From: a virus
Direction: 5' to 3' (one strand)
DNA length: 31,567 nucleotides
UHGV virus genome: UHGV-1390503
Positions within the stretch are counted from its first letter, which is position 1, and each line of letters starts with the position of its first letter. This document shows, in pieces, positions 14,839-24,388 of the stretch. A program made the translations under genes and the position numbers. A model generated the notes under the pieces. The model worked only from the letters and a program-made list of their open reading frames with translations, searched no databases and was not told where the DNA came from.

Positions 14839-15068
14839 AGATCAAACAACATTTGGCTAAAGAAGTAACAATAGACGGCAGTGGCGGTGTGTACATAGCG
14901 AATCGCAGAGAAAAAGCGGCGGTATTATGGTCTTCTGACCCAGGCGCGACAGCCGAAAATACCGCAAAAATAAAGTTTATTAACTGGGATTTAATACAAT
15001 GTAAGAATAAAACGCGACTTGGACGTTTCTTGGCTCTAGTACCGACTGTATGGAGAATTTCTAAATGA
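14835..15068 (+). CDS. Hypothetical protein
   Basis: 77 aa ORF, ATGA-coupled. Confidence 0.45.
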   Translation: MKIKQHLAKEVTIDGSGGVYIANRREKAAVLWSSDPGATAENTAKIKFINWDLIQCKNKTRLGRFLALVPTVWRISK

Positions 15069-15202
15069 ACATCACAGCCCCGATTCCAGCATTGCAAAAA
15101 CGTATCAAGGAACTAGAAGAGGAGGTTCTACGACTACGGCAGCAAAGAGACGCCGCTAATGCGCAACTGGCGTTTGTACTGGAGAAGTTATCGGAAGAGT
15201 AG
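15065..15202 (+). CDS. Small coiled-coil protein (45 aa), below the track cut-off
   Basis: MNITAPIPALQKRIKELEEEVLRLRQQRDAANAQLAFVLEKLSEE; ATGA-coupled; followed by a terminator. Confidence 0.35.
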   Translation: MNITAPIPALQKRIKELEEEVLRLRQQRDAANAQLAFVLEKLSEE

Positions 15203-15236
15203 AGAAAAGGCCCCTTTTGGGGCCTTAGTTTTCTTT
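15203..15236. terminator. Bidirectional rho-independent terminator between the replication and tail modules
   Basis: AAGGCCCC-TTTT-GGGGCCTT with T-runs on both strands; near-identical to the hairpin at 26143-26162. Confidence 0.7.
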
Positions 15237-17088
15237 ATACAGCAAATGCATGGTAAGACACGACAACATCGCCAGAAGTCCCAGACCTCCCAAACACAAG
15301 AGTTGAGGACGTAGCCCCACCGTTTATAACATCCGTCCCGGATGCTGGGGTGGTGAGAACTGCGATAGTTTTCCCTGCTATTAGTGGTTTTATACTCAAA
15401 GTAACCGATACGTTTTCAGCTCCACTTCCTATCGTAGCCACCCCGCGTTGTTCTTCCGGGTGTGTTGGGCTGTTTCTGTTTACGATGGAACAAGTGCCTC
15501 CACCTACAGCCCCGCCACCAAGAAAAGAGCACTTATCTGCCAGTACGGAGCTACCACCTGACAAGTTGTCGATGACGAAAAGCCCGTTTGCCTTGTTACT
15601 TTTCAATATGCAATTATTAAGCATCACTCCGAGCGTAGAGTCGACCACCATATCACCATTCTGAGCGGAATCAATATCATTAAACTGGAACAGGCAACCA
15701 GTAAAATTAGCTCTCAGAGGTGCCTTACTGTTGTACTTAGTGACCTCAACACCGAAGTTACGGCTGTCAGATACGATTACATCGGAAGCAGAAAACTCAG
15801 GAGAGTCACCACGAATAACAATACATGATTTATTGGTGGAATGGTTTGAAGAGTAGTAGCCCCCGGTCATACGTACGTAGCTTGCATCTGTAATACGGAG
15901 AGCATTACCTTTTGCCAGGTCTGACATTACGTTATCAAGCCAAGTCCAACGCGTCCCGATAATCTCAATAGCTGCGGCGTCTGTAGCGTAGTCGCCGCAG
16001 GAGTAAAATCTGTCGCCAGAAAAAAGGATCCCCTCCGTTACCGTTGTGATTTGAGCAGTGTCTTCGGTAATCTGAACGCCGATAGTACAGTCACTATAAG
16101 TGTTTTGAAGGAATCGCGTGTTTATATTCCCGCCTAATAAAGCAACTCCAAATTGTGACGCGGCAAAGCGGTTGAATCGGATATTAAGCTCTCCGGCCCC
16201 ATTTCCTCTCGGGGCAATTATGCAATGTTTCAAAAACGCAAAAGAGCAATCATCTACAGTGTTAAGATGGTTTTCAATTGAGATCCCCGTGGAGTTAGAG
16301 GATGTTCCTTCGTTTGATTGAATAGTTATCCCTGATATACGTGCAAAAGTAGAAGTTACACTGAAACACGTATCACCATCGGCTACAGGTCGGAAAGTGG
16401 TATTTAACTTACCTGCGCCTACAAGGTTTACCGGGCTATCCAGCACAACATCTTTAACCAGGAATACACCGGCTGGTACGACTACGGTATTGGAAGAATA
16501 ACTATTTAGTTTCGCGGCTTGTAGTGCTGCATTAAATGCGGCGCTGCTGTCCGTTGCACCAGTAGGGTCAAATCCTTCAAAATCTGCAACACTGATTACA
16601 TCTTTATTTTTATCGTGCTGGGTGCGACTTCTGGCCCCCGTGAATGGCTGCTTTACCCCGATAAGTTTATCACCGAGTTGGTCTTCCGACGTGTCGGCTA
16701 AATCCGAACGTAAATCCGGGTCTGTCTGCGGCTTCCAGTCAGCGTTTCCTACCGGGTTAAATCCCGCCGGAACGGTAACTGGAAGTGTTCCCGCATAGGA
16801 GTACCATGTTTTACTTACAGGGTCGTACACTACTTTGTCGCGGTCATTAACTGTTAACGTGCCGCCAGTGGAAAAGTCCCATGACACCGGAGAAAAACCA
16901 GCGTCACGCAACACAGCAGGGAGCGTCTTCTGCGTCTGCCCAGTGACCTGATTAGTCGCGTAATCGATATCCGCACCACCTGCGACACCGCCAGATTTAC
17001 CTGTGATAACCTCGGCTTCGAAAATCTGGTGTTTCTTGGCGGTTTGTAAATCCGCCAGGCTTAAAACGTCACCGCATCCGCTTGACAT
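15235..17088 (-). CDS. Tail fibre/tailspike with predicted beta-helix (pectate-lyase-like) depolymerase domain
   Basis: 617 aa; RBS AGAGGA; N-terminal tail-fibre-like segment, then a Gly/Asn/Ser-rich region with repeated hydrophobic patterns typical of right-handed beta-helix depolymerases. Confidence 0.7.
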   Translation of the reverse strand: MSSGCGDVLSLADLQTAKKHQIFEAEVITGKSGGVAGGADIDYATNQVTGQTQKTLPAVLRDAGFSPVSWDFSTGGTLTVNDRDKVVYDPVSKTWYSYAGTLPVTVPAGFNPVGNADWKPQTDPDLRSDLADTSEDQLGDKLIGVKQPFTGARSRTQHDKNKDVISVADFEGFDPTGATDSSAAFNAALQAAKLNSYSSNTVVVPAGVFLVKDVVLDSPVNLVGAGKLNTTFRPVADGDTCFSVTSTFARISGITIQSNEGTSSNSTGISIENHLNTVDDCSFAFLKHCIIAPRGNGAGELNIRFNRFAASQFGVALLGGNINTRFLQNTYSDCTIGVQITEDTAQITTVTEGILFSGDRFYSCGDYATDAAAIEIIGTRWTWLDNVMSDLAKGNALRITDASYVRMTGGYYSSNHSTNKSCIVIRGDSPEFSASDVIVSDSRNFGVEVTKYNSKAPLRANFTGCLFQFNDIDSAQNGDMVVDSTLGVMLNNCILKSNKANGLFVIDNLSGGSSVLADKCSFLGGGAVGGGTCSIVNRNSPTHPEEQRGVATIGSGAENVSVTLSIKPLIAGKTIAVLTTPASGTDVINGGATSSTLVFGRSGTSGDVVVSYHAFAV

Positions 17089-17100
17089 ATAGAGTCCTCT

Positions 17101-19668
17101 TTAATTAAAACCGTTGCTGAATCCGCCGGAGAAACCGCTACCAAAAGGCGCGACGCCGTCGTATTTATAGAAATCTGCTTCGTAGTTAATCCCGGTAATC
17201 TTAACTGTTCTGTCGTCTCCTGGGTCAACGGTAGAAACAAGAATCATCTGAGCATTATGCCTTGCTTCGTTGCCGAATGAAAACTCAGTTTTTAGCGCGC
17301 TATTCCCCACATAAATTGCTTCTTGAGGTGCGGATAACATAATCACCTCGCGGTCGTGTCCCCCAGGAACCACCGCGACGCTCTGAACTCCGCCATCTCG
17401 CCTCTTAAGAATCAATGAGTGGTCGTCTCCGGGGGTAAATGTAACAGGTTGTGATAGCGTCAGCGCAAGCCCATTAACGGCAACAACATAGCCATCTTGC
17501 GGGGCCATACGCGAACCTTTTACCACACTTACCGCACGCCCAGGCATTGCAAAAATCCCTTCTTCTGTCGCCGTGAATGATACGGTCACCTTTTTCAACA
17601 GGTTTTTCTGGTAGCGGCGGTATGCGGCCCAGTACGCCTGCCTATAATTTCGAATCCCTTTAGAGTCATACGTTTCAGTATTGACTCCTCCTTCTGCTGG
17701 TATGCTGATAGTCTCTTTTACGTTGGTATCGGGGTCAATGTAGGAGAACTTGAGACTATCGTATACCTGAGCGTCGTTGAATGTGCGTGTCCACTTCTCC
17801 GAAGCTGTGGTTTTGCTACGATGCGTGAACACCATCTCGGGCCCCATGCGAGGGCGTTCGAAATCCAGAAGAATATCGGCACCTCTACGGTATGGGGTGC
17901 AGAAAATTGCTTCCGCTATCGTAGTTACTATGTCCTGCATAGTAGTTTTGTAATCATCGAATGTGTAGCAGAATTGCCCAGCCTCGGCGTCCCCGAAATA
18001 ACTTTCAATCTCATCCTGTGTGGCCAGCAACTTATCCATGTTAGCCGTGGTGAGATTGATGTTTCCTACAACCGGGTCGCGAGCAAGCCGTATCAGGGAC
18101 TGCACTGCCTGTGTATTAGGTGTCATAACTGTATCAAAAACACCGTTACCTAGGTACTTGTACACCATCTCGGTAGCAACCATGCGCAATTGAGGCTGTT
18201 TAACCTCTGCGGCGCGGGGTGTCTGCTTACGGGCGGAATGCACTGTTGTACGGTTGCCGTAATGTGGCGTTCTGTCTATTGACTGTCCGTAGAGGTTTAC
18301 GTAAGTAACCTCATCGACAACTGTACCCTCGAAATCAAGGTCCAGATTAGTAACACGGCGCATACGCACGCGTACTTTAGAAGGGGTGGATAGGTTGGCG
18401 TATATTGTAACGCCAGTGTAATCCTGACTACGGCCTGTAACTGTTCCTTGTTTTGTGTACACTGGGCCATACGGTTGTCCGTCAACATCCAGCAGCTGGT
18501 ACTGCATTTCAACGACAACAGACGCCCGTGTTTTATTCTTGCCGTTGTCCTTGTACATGCCGTTTGCCGCGGCAACGTTAGTTACCACTCGTTCTACGTT
18601 TATGCGGTTGATGTAGGCCCAGTCGGTAAGACTTGCGGTATAAGTGTCCTGGGGACCAATCAGATGTTTACCCTGAACGTTATCTATGGGGTACGCCGTT
18701 GTACCTATTAAATCCCATTGTGACTGGTTGTTAGAAATATCAACCGCCAGAGTAGTGTCGCTAACAGAAATAACTGGGTAATACCCGGAAAGATTTACCT
18801 CGCCGCCAAGGCCACCTGGAGTTGTATCCGCGAATACACCATCAAAGAACGCTATCTGACCGACAGAAAGAACATCATAAAATCCCGCGTCCGGCCCGGT
18901 AACTATACCGGTTGAACCAGAGCGCTGTATAGTAAACAGACCCGCGTTAACCTGAACGTCGTTCTGAGCCTTAAGTACAACACCGTCTACTTCGTTAGAC
19001 GCCACGGTGATATAAAGCCCCTGGTCAATATGGTCGCCGATGCGTAGTTGTGGGGTGCTAGTGTTATTCGGTGACGTGAACGGTGCGTATATTTCTACGG
19101 AAGTGCCTGTGATTTCCTGCACACGAGTGTCCCCGTCTGTTACATCTTCCGGTTTAATATCCAGATAACCTCGGCCCGCATCATAGTAGCCGTATTCCAC
19201 TACCGTACCCGCGGCGTTGAACACCTTGTAAGTGGTCATAAGGTCGTTAGGGATGGTCTGAACTCTGCCGCAGATGTCATAAGTTCGCTCGTATGGGCGG
19301 GCCTTGTTATTCCGGTCTGTCAGGCTGTTGTTCGGAGAGTCTGCTTGCTGGTTAGCGAGATTGTTAGACGCGCCCTTTGTTGACGGTGTGAGTAATTTAG
19401 CCAGCGGTTTAAGGATTATGCTGAACACTTTCATCACACCCTTGATAGCGCCACCCCCAGCCCCCTCCAGGATGTGGAAAACGGCATCCTGTTTTAATGC
19501 GTCAAAATCTTCTGTTACGTCGTTATCCTCTCCTATCTCTTCGAGGAAAACGCGAAACGGCACACCATCCGGAATATGGTTTACAACGAAATTCAGCGGC
19601 GAGTCGTTATGCCGTTTTTGCGAGAACGTCCCGTCTTCGTTGCGGGTGTAGTGGATGACTATCGCCAA
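17101..19668 (-). CDS. Tail tip/host-specificity protein (lambda gpJ-like)
   Basis: 855 aa; sits after the M-, L- and K-like genes; the only start in frame before the upstream stop is TTG at 19668. Confidence 0.6.
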   Translation of the reverse strand: MAIVIHYTRNEDGTFSQKRHNDSPLNFVVNHIPDGVPFRVFLEEIGEDNDVTEDFDALKQDAVFHILEGAGGGAIKGVMKVFSIILKPLAKLLTPSTKGASNNLANQQADSPNNSLTDRNNKARPYERTYDICGRVQTIPNDLMTTYKVFNAAGTVVEYGYYDAGRGYLDIKPEDVTDGDTRVQEITGTSVEIYAPFTSPNNTSTPQLRIGDHIDQGLYITVASNEVDGVVLKAQNDVQVNAGLFTIQRSGSTGIVTGPDAGFYDVLSVGQIAFFDGVFADTTPGGLGGEVNLSGYYPVISVSDTTLAVDISNNQSQWDLIGTTAYPIDNVQGKHLIGPQDTYTASLTDWAYINRINVERVVTNVAAANGMYKDNGKNKTRASVVVEMQYQLLDVDGQPYGPVYTKQGTVTGRSQDYTGVTIYANLSTPSKVRVRMRRVTNLDLDFEGTVVDEVTYVNLYGQSIDRTPHYGNRTTVHSARKQTPRAAEVKQPQLRMVATEMVYKYLGNGVFDTVMTPNTQAVQSLIRLARDPVVGNINLTTANMDKLLATQDEIESYFGDAEAGQFCYTFDDYKTTMQDIVTTIAEAIFCTPYRRGADILLDFERPRMGPEMVFTHRSKTTASEKWTRTFNDAQVYDSLKFSYIDPDTNVKETISIPAEGGVNTETYDSKGIRNYRQAYWAAYRRYQKNLLKKVTVSFTATEEGIFAMPGRAVSVVKGSRMAPQDGYVVAVNGLALTLSQPVTFTPGDDHSLILKRRDGGVQSVAVVPGGHDREVIMLSAPQEAIYVGNSALKTEFSFGNEARHNAQMILVSTVDPGDDRTVKITGINYEADFYKYDGVAPFGSGFSGGFSNGFN

Positions 19669-20024
19669 AATTCAATCTCCTGATATGTGTCGCGTAAATC
19701 GTCCAGGCGGTCGAGGCGCACTTGTCTGGACGCTAACTCACAGTGGCTTACCATACCGTCATAATACACGCCTGCGTGCCACACTACACGCCCCCTGTGA
19801 TAAGTACCAAGCAATACCGCGTCGTAATTCTGTGGACTGGTGGCACGTTCCAGACCTTTTGGGTTTGAGTGACCCGCGTCAAACGCCGCGTCTATAGCCG
19901 TTGGGGATGTTACGTCGAAAGTCGGGGTAGATAGGCCGACATCGCCGCGTACCCTGCGCACGTGATGCCAACAATTGTAACGACGAAAGTCATAAGGAAG
20001 GCCCGTATAGTCCGTGATACTCAT
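19659..20024 (-). CDS. NlpC/P60-like tail protein (lambda gpK-like)
   Basis: The track ORF is 19659..20183; the in-frame ATG at 20024 is ATGA-coupled to the upstream stop. YNCWHH and HAGVYYDGMVSHCE suggest a Cys/His peptidase fold. Confidence 0.5.
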   Translation of the reverse strand: MSITDYTGLPYDFRRYNCWHHVRRVRGDVGLSTPTFDVTSPTAIDAAFDAGHSNPKGLERATSPQNYDAVLLGTYHRGRVVWHAGVYYDGMVSHCELASRQVRLDRLDDLRDTYQEIEFWR

Positions 20025-20536
20025 GACAAAAGCACTCCACGCAACAGCGGTATCTCTTCCGGCGTCATCAGGATTCCTGTCTGCCTTTGGTTTAGCATAG
20101 GCGTTCCGGTCTCTGCGGTGAACACGCCTTTTTCTTGCGTCAAAGTCTGCAACTCGTATACCACCGGGCCATCGCATGGGCACGACAGGTCGGTGCTTAC
20201 GTAACGGCGGAAGATGAATTTAGGCAACTCTGTGTTGCTGTAAGGGATGCGGTCCATCTCTTCATCGAGAATGTTAAGAACATCCGGCAGTGAGAATGAT
20301 GCTGTCTGGTCCATGTCGTTATTGTTCGCGGCGTTCTTGGCATCCATAGGGGTAGCTTCGAACGTAACGGTTTCGCCAGTCTCAAGCGTAGCTGTAATGT
20401 CAGACGTGCCGCGCACGAGCAACCACCGCTTCGAGAGAAGCGGGTGCGTTATTTCAAGAGTAATGTAATCCAGTTCGCCGTCTGGGTTAGATGCCAGTTT
20501 ACGGCGATATGCTGCTTCTACTGATTCCTGACTCAT
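20021..20536 (-). CDS. Minor tail protein (lambda gpL-like position)
   Basis: 171 aa ORF with ATG; called from position and size in a lambda-like order. Confidence 0.5.
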   Translation of the reverse strand: MSQESVEAAYRRKLASNPDGELDYITLEITHPLLSKRWLLVRGTSDITATLETGETVTFEATPMDAKNAANNNDMDQTASFSLPDVLNILDEEMDRIPYSNTELPKFIFRRYVSTDLSCPCDGPVVYELQTLTQEKGVFTAETGTPMLNQRQTGILMTPEEIPLLRGVLLS

Positions 20537-20646
20537 TTATATACTCTCTTAACGCTGCGGTATGCGCGTTCTATATCGCTATGCAGACGGCAATAATTAA
20601 ACCACCCTCGCATATGGGCGTTAACTAATTCTTTGCTTCTACTCAT
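20533..20646 (-). CDS. Small ORF (37 aa) coupled on both sides
   Basis: ATG 20646-20644 overlaps the upstream stop; its TGA overlaps the ATG of 20021..20536. Confidence 0.3.
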   Translation of the reverse strand: MSRSKELVNAHMRGWFNYCRLHSDIERAYRSVKRVYK

Positions 20647-21140
20647 GATTGCATCGGGTCCCAAATTCGTGGAAACGTTGATTGTGCAGCTCCGTATGCT
20701 TTAAGGAAACCGCCTAAGCAATCACCATAACAACCGAACAAATCAGGCAGATTCTTCGTAAGACATGTATCTTCCTGAATCGCTGTGCGTTCTGCTGTTG
20801 CGGTGAACGTAATTACCCAGTTCTTGCCGTCGTCGGTGCTGTCGCTAATCGTCGATGTGATGAGTACCTGGTGGTCCTCGATACCTAACCCGGTATCATG
20901 AGGCATGATAAACGAGGACGCCCCGCCGTCGATGTTGTTCAGGAAGCTATAAAACGCCTGACGCCCGAGAGAAGACACGACGAGCGTAACGCTAATAGGA
21001 ACCGGTTCGAAGTACGTGTCTCGCCCCTGACGAGGTAAGCCACCCTGAACCTCGGTGCGCCAGATATTACTCCCCCTGGTCTGGGAGTACCCCTTCGACA
21101 CTATCGGGCGAAGGGACATAGGGAATCTCAAATCGCTCAT
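20643..21140 (-). CDS. Minor tail protein (lambda gpM-like position)
   Basis: 165 aa ORF with ATG, immediately after the tape measure gene. Confidence 0.5.
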   Translation of the reverse strand: MSDLRFPMSLRPIVSKGYSQTRGSNIWRTEVQGGLPRQGRDTYFEPVPISVTLVVSSLGRQAFYSFLNNIDGGASSFIMPHDTGLGIEDHQVLITSTISDSTDDGKNWVITFTATAERTAIQEDTCLTKNLPDLFGCYGDCLGGFLKAYGAAQSTFPRIWDPMQS

Positions 21141-21143
21141 TAA

Positions 21144-23453
21144 TTAATACCCCGGCTGACCGCGAGTAGAGCGGCGAGCTTTAGAAATCGGTGAGTTGTT
21201 ATCCTGTAACTGCGACGCTACTGTTTCACTGATTATAATACGTAAACGCCCCTCGTCATCACGTTCTGTTACGGCGGAATCCACACGGCCAGTGGTATTA
21301 TTGACGATGGTGACATTATCACCGCCGGACGGGCCGCCGTTTTGACCCATAATCTCTTTCATCTGCTGCGCGGTTCGTACGCGCGATGCACCCGCTGGCA
21401 TGATAACTTCTGGTTTACCGCGTTCAGCGATAGTAGACATCTGGCCTGCTGATAGCTGCCCACCCTGTTCACGTGCGGAACGAATCTTACCTATGTTAGC
21501 CATACCGGCGGCTACGGCGGCGGCGGCGGCAACCGGTGCCAGGAATGGCCCCACAACCGGTATCGCTGCTGTGGACTTATACGCCTCAATGGCGGAGGTG
21601 TACGTGGCGATTGTGGCCTGAGCTATAGCGAAGGCTTTATACGCGGTGGACGCCTCGCCAAATGCAGTTTTAGCATTAGCCGCCATGTCACCGAAGGCAT
21701 CCCCGGTGGCTTTGGCACGCTTCATTGAATACTGTTCATCCAGAGCCAGGAGCGCCATCTGGTACTGCTCGGCGTTAATTATGCCGTCAGCCATGTATTT
21801 TGAGAGGATTCTCGCTTTTTGGGACTGTTGTATTTCCAGAAGCTCAAGCTCAGCAGCATTCTGACCCATAATCTGAGCCATGAAGTCGTCGCCTTTCTGC
21901 TGCTTTTCCTGCTGCTCTTTTCTTATCTTATCCAGTTCTTCCTGGCGGGCCTGTTCAGCAGAGAGCATAATCTGCGTCTTGGCGTTTTCATACTGCTGCT
22001 GGCTTATAGTTCCGGCGCGGTTGAATTCTTCAAGTTTCGCCAGTTTCTGTTCTTCTGCCGCTGTGATACGTGAAATTTCGTCTCCAGTTGTGCGGTCGAC
22101 AGTAGCAAGGAAATCTTCCGCTGCTTTTTTCTGCCGTTCAGCTGCGGTTTCTTCGCGTTTGGCTTGTGCCGCCAGACGTTTCTCGTTCGATTTAGCCTCG
22201 CGGTCTGCCTTCGCTTTTTCGGTAGCGTCGATGCGAGCGATGTCTTGCTGTGCTTCCGTGTCACGGGCAGCGTTATACGCGGCTATCTGTTCTTTGGTGA
22301 CAGCTTCACGTTTAGCAAACGCCTGCTTATCAAGTTCAGCTTGTGCCCGGATACGCTCGCGGTCGCTTAAGATGGCGATTTGCTGGTTCTTAACGATAGC
22401 TTCGTTCTGTTCCTGGAATCTCTGCGTCGTTGAGTTGACGTTACGACCGAGATTCTTTTGGGCCTCCGCCGCAGCGTTTGCCGACTTCTCAGCGTTCTCC
22501 AGTGCCGTAGCATTCTTGTTGGCATTGTCGGTCAGGCGGATAAGTTCCGGGTTCAGCTGTTTTGTGTTGCCCAGCCAGTCGGTAAACACATCGGCGATGC
22601 GACGAGCATTCTCAGCGGTCGGCTCTTTATTAAACGCGCTCTGTGCCGCTATCATCTCCAGCGCCTGGTCACGGTTAACCCCAAACTTACTGCTAAGCTC
22701 TGCGATATTCTGCGCCAGCATGTTGACGCCTACGATGTTACCCTCGTAGGTTCCCCCGAGTTTTTCTAAAGTGTCGCCTACATCAGCACCCTTAGAAACC
22801 AATGCATCGTACTGGCTAATAGCTGATGCAGTGGAGGCTTTCCATGTTTCCCACGATTCGGCATCTTCACGAACAGCTTTAGCGGTTTGCTGCGCGATAA
22901 GGTCTGCGTTAGCCTTAGCCAGAGCAAGCTGAGTCTCCGCTGCTTCTCTGCTGATTTGGGTAAGCTGGATGAGGCCATCTGTCAGTTCGAGAGAGCCAGA
23001 TGCCGTTTGCTGGAAGGTGTCTTTTAACTGTTTCTGCGCGGCTTCGAGGTCTTTTGAACTCCCCTCCGCCTCTGTTAGCGATTTGTACAGGACACCGCCG
23101 ATTGCTGACGCAAGAGCAATTACAGCCCCAAGCACCGCCCCACCGGGGCCAAAAGCACCCGCAAGCTGCGAACCTTGTTGCCCGATTGCTACGAATGCAG
23201 ACGTGCCGGATTGCAACTGGACTACCATGTCCTGCACCTGGAAGCCAACCTGCCCTGCGGCGTTACGGAACTTAGCGAAACCGTCGGAGGCCGCTTTAGA
23301 CGTAGCGGAGTTTACTTTATTAACATCCGGAGTTAGTTTGTTTACGGATGCATCCGCCCGGTCTGCAGATGCCGCCATAGCGTCAAGCTGTTTGGCAGCG
23401 ACGTCAGCCCCTTCAGTTTTTACTCTGGCGATTAGGGAAGCCGTATCAGCCAT
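21144..23453 (-). CDS. Tail tape measure protein
   Basis: The track ORF starts at TTG 23468; ATG 23453 has GAGGG upstream. About 770 aa, Ala/Gln/Lys-rich and coiled-coil-like, downstream of the chaperone ORFs. Confidence 0.8.
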   Translation of the reverse strand: MADTASLIARVKTEGADVAAKQLDAMAASADRADASVNKLTPDVNKVNSATSKAASDGFAKFRNAAGQVGFQVQDMVVQLQSGTSAFVAIGQQGSQLAGAFGPGGAVLGAVIALASAIGGVLYKSLTEAEGSSKDLEAAQKQLKDTFQQTASGSLELTDGLIQLTQISREAAETQLALAKANADLIAQQTAKAVREDAESWETWKASTASAISQYDALVSKGADVGDTLEKLGGTYEGNIVGVNMLAQNIAELSSKFGVNRDQALEMIAAQSAFNKEPTAENARRIADVFTDWLGNTKQLNPELIRLTDNANKNATALENAEKSANAAAEAQKNLGRNVNSTTQRFQEQNEAIVKNQQIAILSDRERIRAQAELDKQAFAKREAVTKEQIAAYNAARDTEAQQDIARIDATEKAKADREAKSNEKRLAAQAKREETAAERQKKAAEDFLATVDRTTGDEISRITAAEEQKLAKLEEFNRAGTISQQQYENAKTQIMLSAEQARQEELDKIRKEQQEKQQKGDDFMAQIMGQNAAELELLEIQQSQKARILSKYMADGIINAEQYQMALLALDEQYSMKRAKATGDAFGDMAANAKTAFGEASTAYKAFAIAQATIATYTSAIEAYKSTAAIPVVGPFLAPVAAAAAVAAGMANIGKIRSAREQGGQLSAGQMSTIAERGKPEVIMPAGASRVRTAQQMKEIMGQNGGPSGGDNVTIVNNTTGRVDSAVTERDDEGRLRIIISETVASQLQDNNSPISKARRSTRGQPGY

Positions 23454-23829
23454 CTTCTCTGCCCTCAAATATTCCGTCCAGGCCCATGATAACCTCGGCC
23501 TCGAACAAACTTATGCCGTAACCGGCGACATCGCGAAACGCTACCAAATCTTGCCATTTGAGCGCATCGCGCGGGATTATAACGATAGTATCATCTGTTT
23601 CGCGCTGTAGGAATTTAATGGCACGGTATTTCTCGAACACGTCGATAAGAGAAACGGGGCATTCTGGCCCCGTCGCTTCTTTCATCTGCGGTTCTTTAAT
23701 CACGCCCATTGCAATCAAAGCCGCCTGGTGGCCTGCTGCGATGTCGTCGAATTGCTTACGTTTGTGGCGGTCGACAAAGCACCATTGCGCAAATTCATAC
23801 AGCGCTTTTACTTTTCCGAAAGTTTCTCA
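23446..23829 (-). CDS. Tail assembly chaperone frameshift extension (lambda gpT-like), probably expressed as a fusion
   Basis: Open frame from 23826 with no nearby ATG or RBS (the track uses TTG 23718); it is in the -1 frame relative to 23808..24224 and overlaps its last 6 codons, where GGAAAAG lies. Confidence 0.45.
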
Positions 23830-24224
23830 CGACTGTCGGTGTGGTGCTTAACTACGGCTTCTGCCAGCCCGCTGTACTGGTCGAACAGGTTAGCCAGTGC
23901 CTCTTTGCGGAAAGGTTCGTCGAACGACCAACCGGTGACGATTTCAACGGCAAGCTGCTTGTTCAGGTCCATCACCCGCCAGCCCTTCTCATCGTTATAG
24001 CGTGCCCAGTTATTCAGTGCCTCACACTCTTTATCTAATGGCGCAAGTTCTTCCGTAAGGCGTCGAATTGCCGTTGTGTAGGCGCGGCCTGCGCGAACAC
24101 CGGCATCACAATCGGGGCCGATAACCTGTAGCCATTCACCGGAATCTTTACCACTCGGCAGAAGGATAGGCATTTTAGTGCCTACAGCATGGCGGTCAGC
24201 AAAATAAAAATCAGAAAGTTTCAT
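23808..24224 (-). CDS. Tail assembly chaperone (lambda gpG-like)
   Basis: 138 aa; RBS AAGGA; immediately upstream of the tape measure gene; terminal codons sit in the GGAAAAG motif. Confidence 0.55.
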   Translation of the reverse strand: MKLSDFYFADRHAVGTKMPILLPSGKDSGEWLQVIGPDCDAGVRAGRAYTTAIRRLTEELAPLDKECEALNNWARYNDEKGWRVMDLNKQLAVEIVTGWSFDEPFRKEALANLFDQYSGLAEAVVKHHTDSREKLSEK

Positions 24225-24330
24225 TCTTTAATCCTTTGGTTAAGAGGTTACTGGTTAAGATTAACGCGCCAGACGGGAACCACCCGCTTTTCGTGTGCGA
24301 CACTAGGCGCAAACTTATTCTAGCACACTA

Positions 24331-24365
24331 CTTGCGCACCCCAATATAATAGGGTACTATTCGCC
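24331..24365. promoter_or_regulatory. Promoter/operator element copy 5, inverted relative to copy 1
   Basis: Revcomp GAATAGTACCCTATTATATTGGGGTGCGCAAG matches copy 1 at 31 of 34 positions; read rightward TTGCGC-N17-TACTAT (24332-24360) would drive the island; read leftward it would drive the tail genes. Confidence 0.55.
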
Positions 24366-24388
24366 TGTAACTTACTGAGGAAATAATT

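Noticed and set aside
15350-16321. Plus-strand ORFs of 104 and 67 aa
   Set aside because: Antisense within the tail fibre gene; no start context.
21880-22749. 289-aa ORF on the plus strand, rich in Ser/Cys/Ala
   Set aside because: Lies entirely antisense within the tape measure gene; low-complexity composition typical of an alternate frame of a repetitive Ala/Lys/Gln-rich gene; no RBS.
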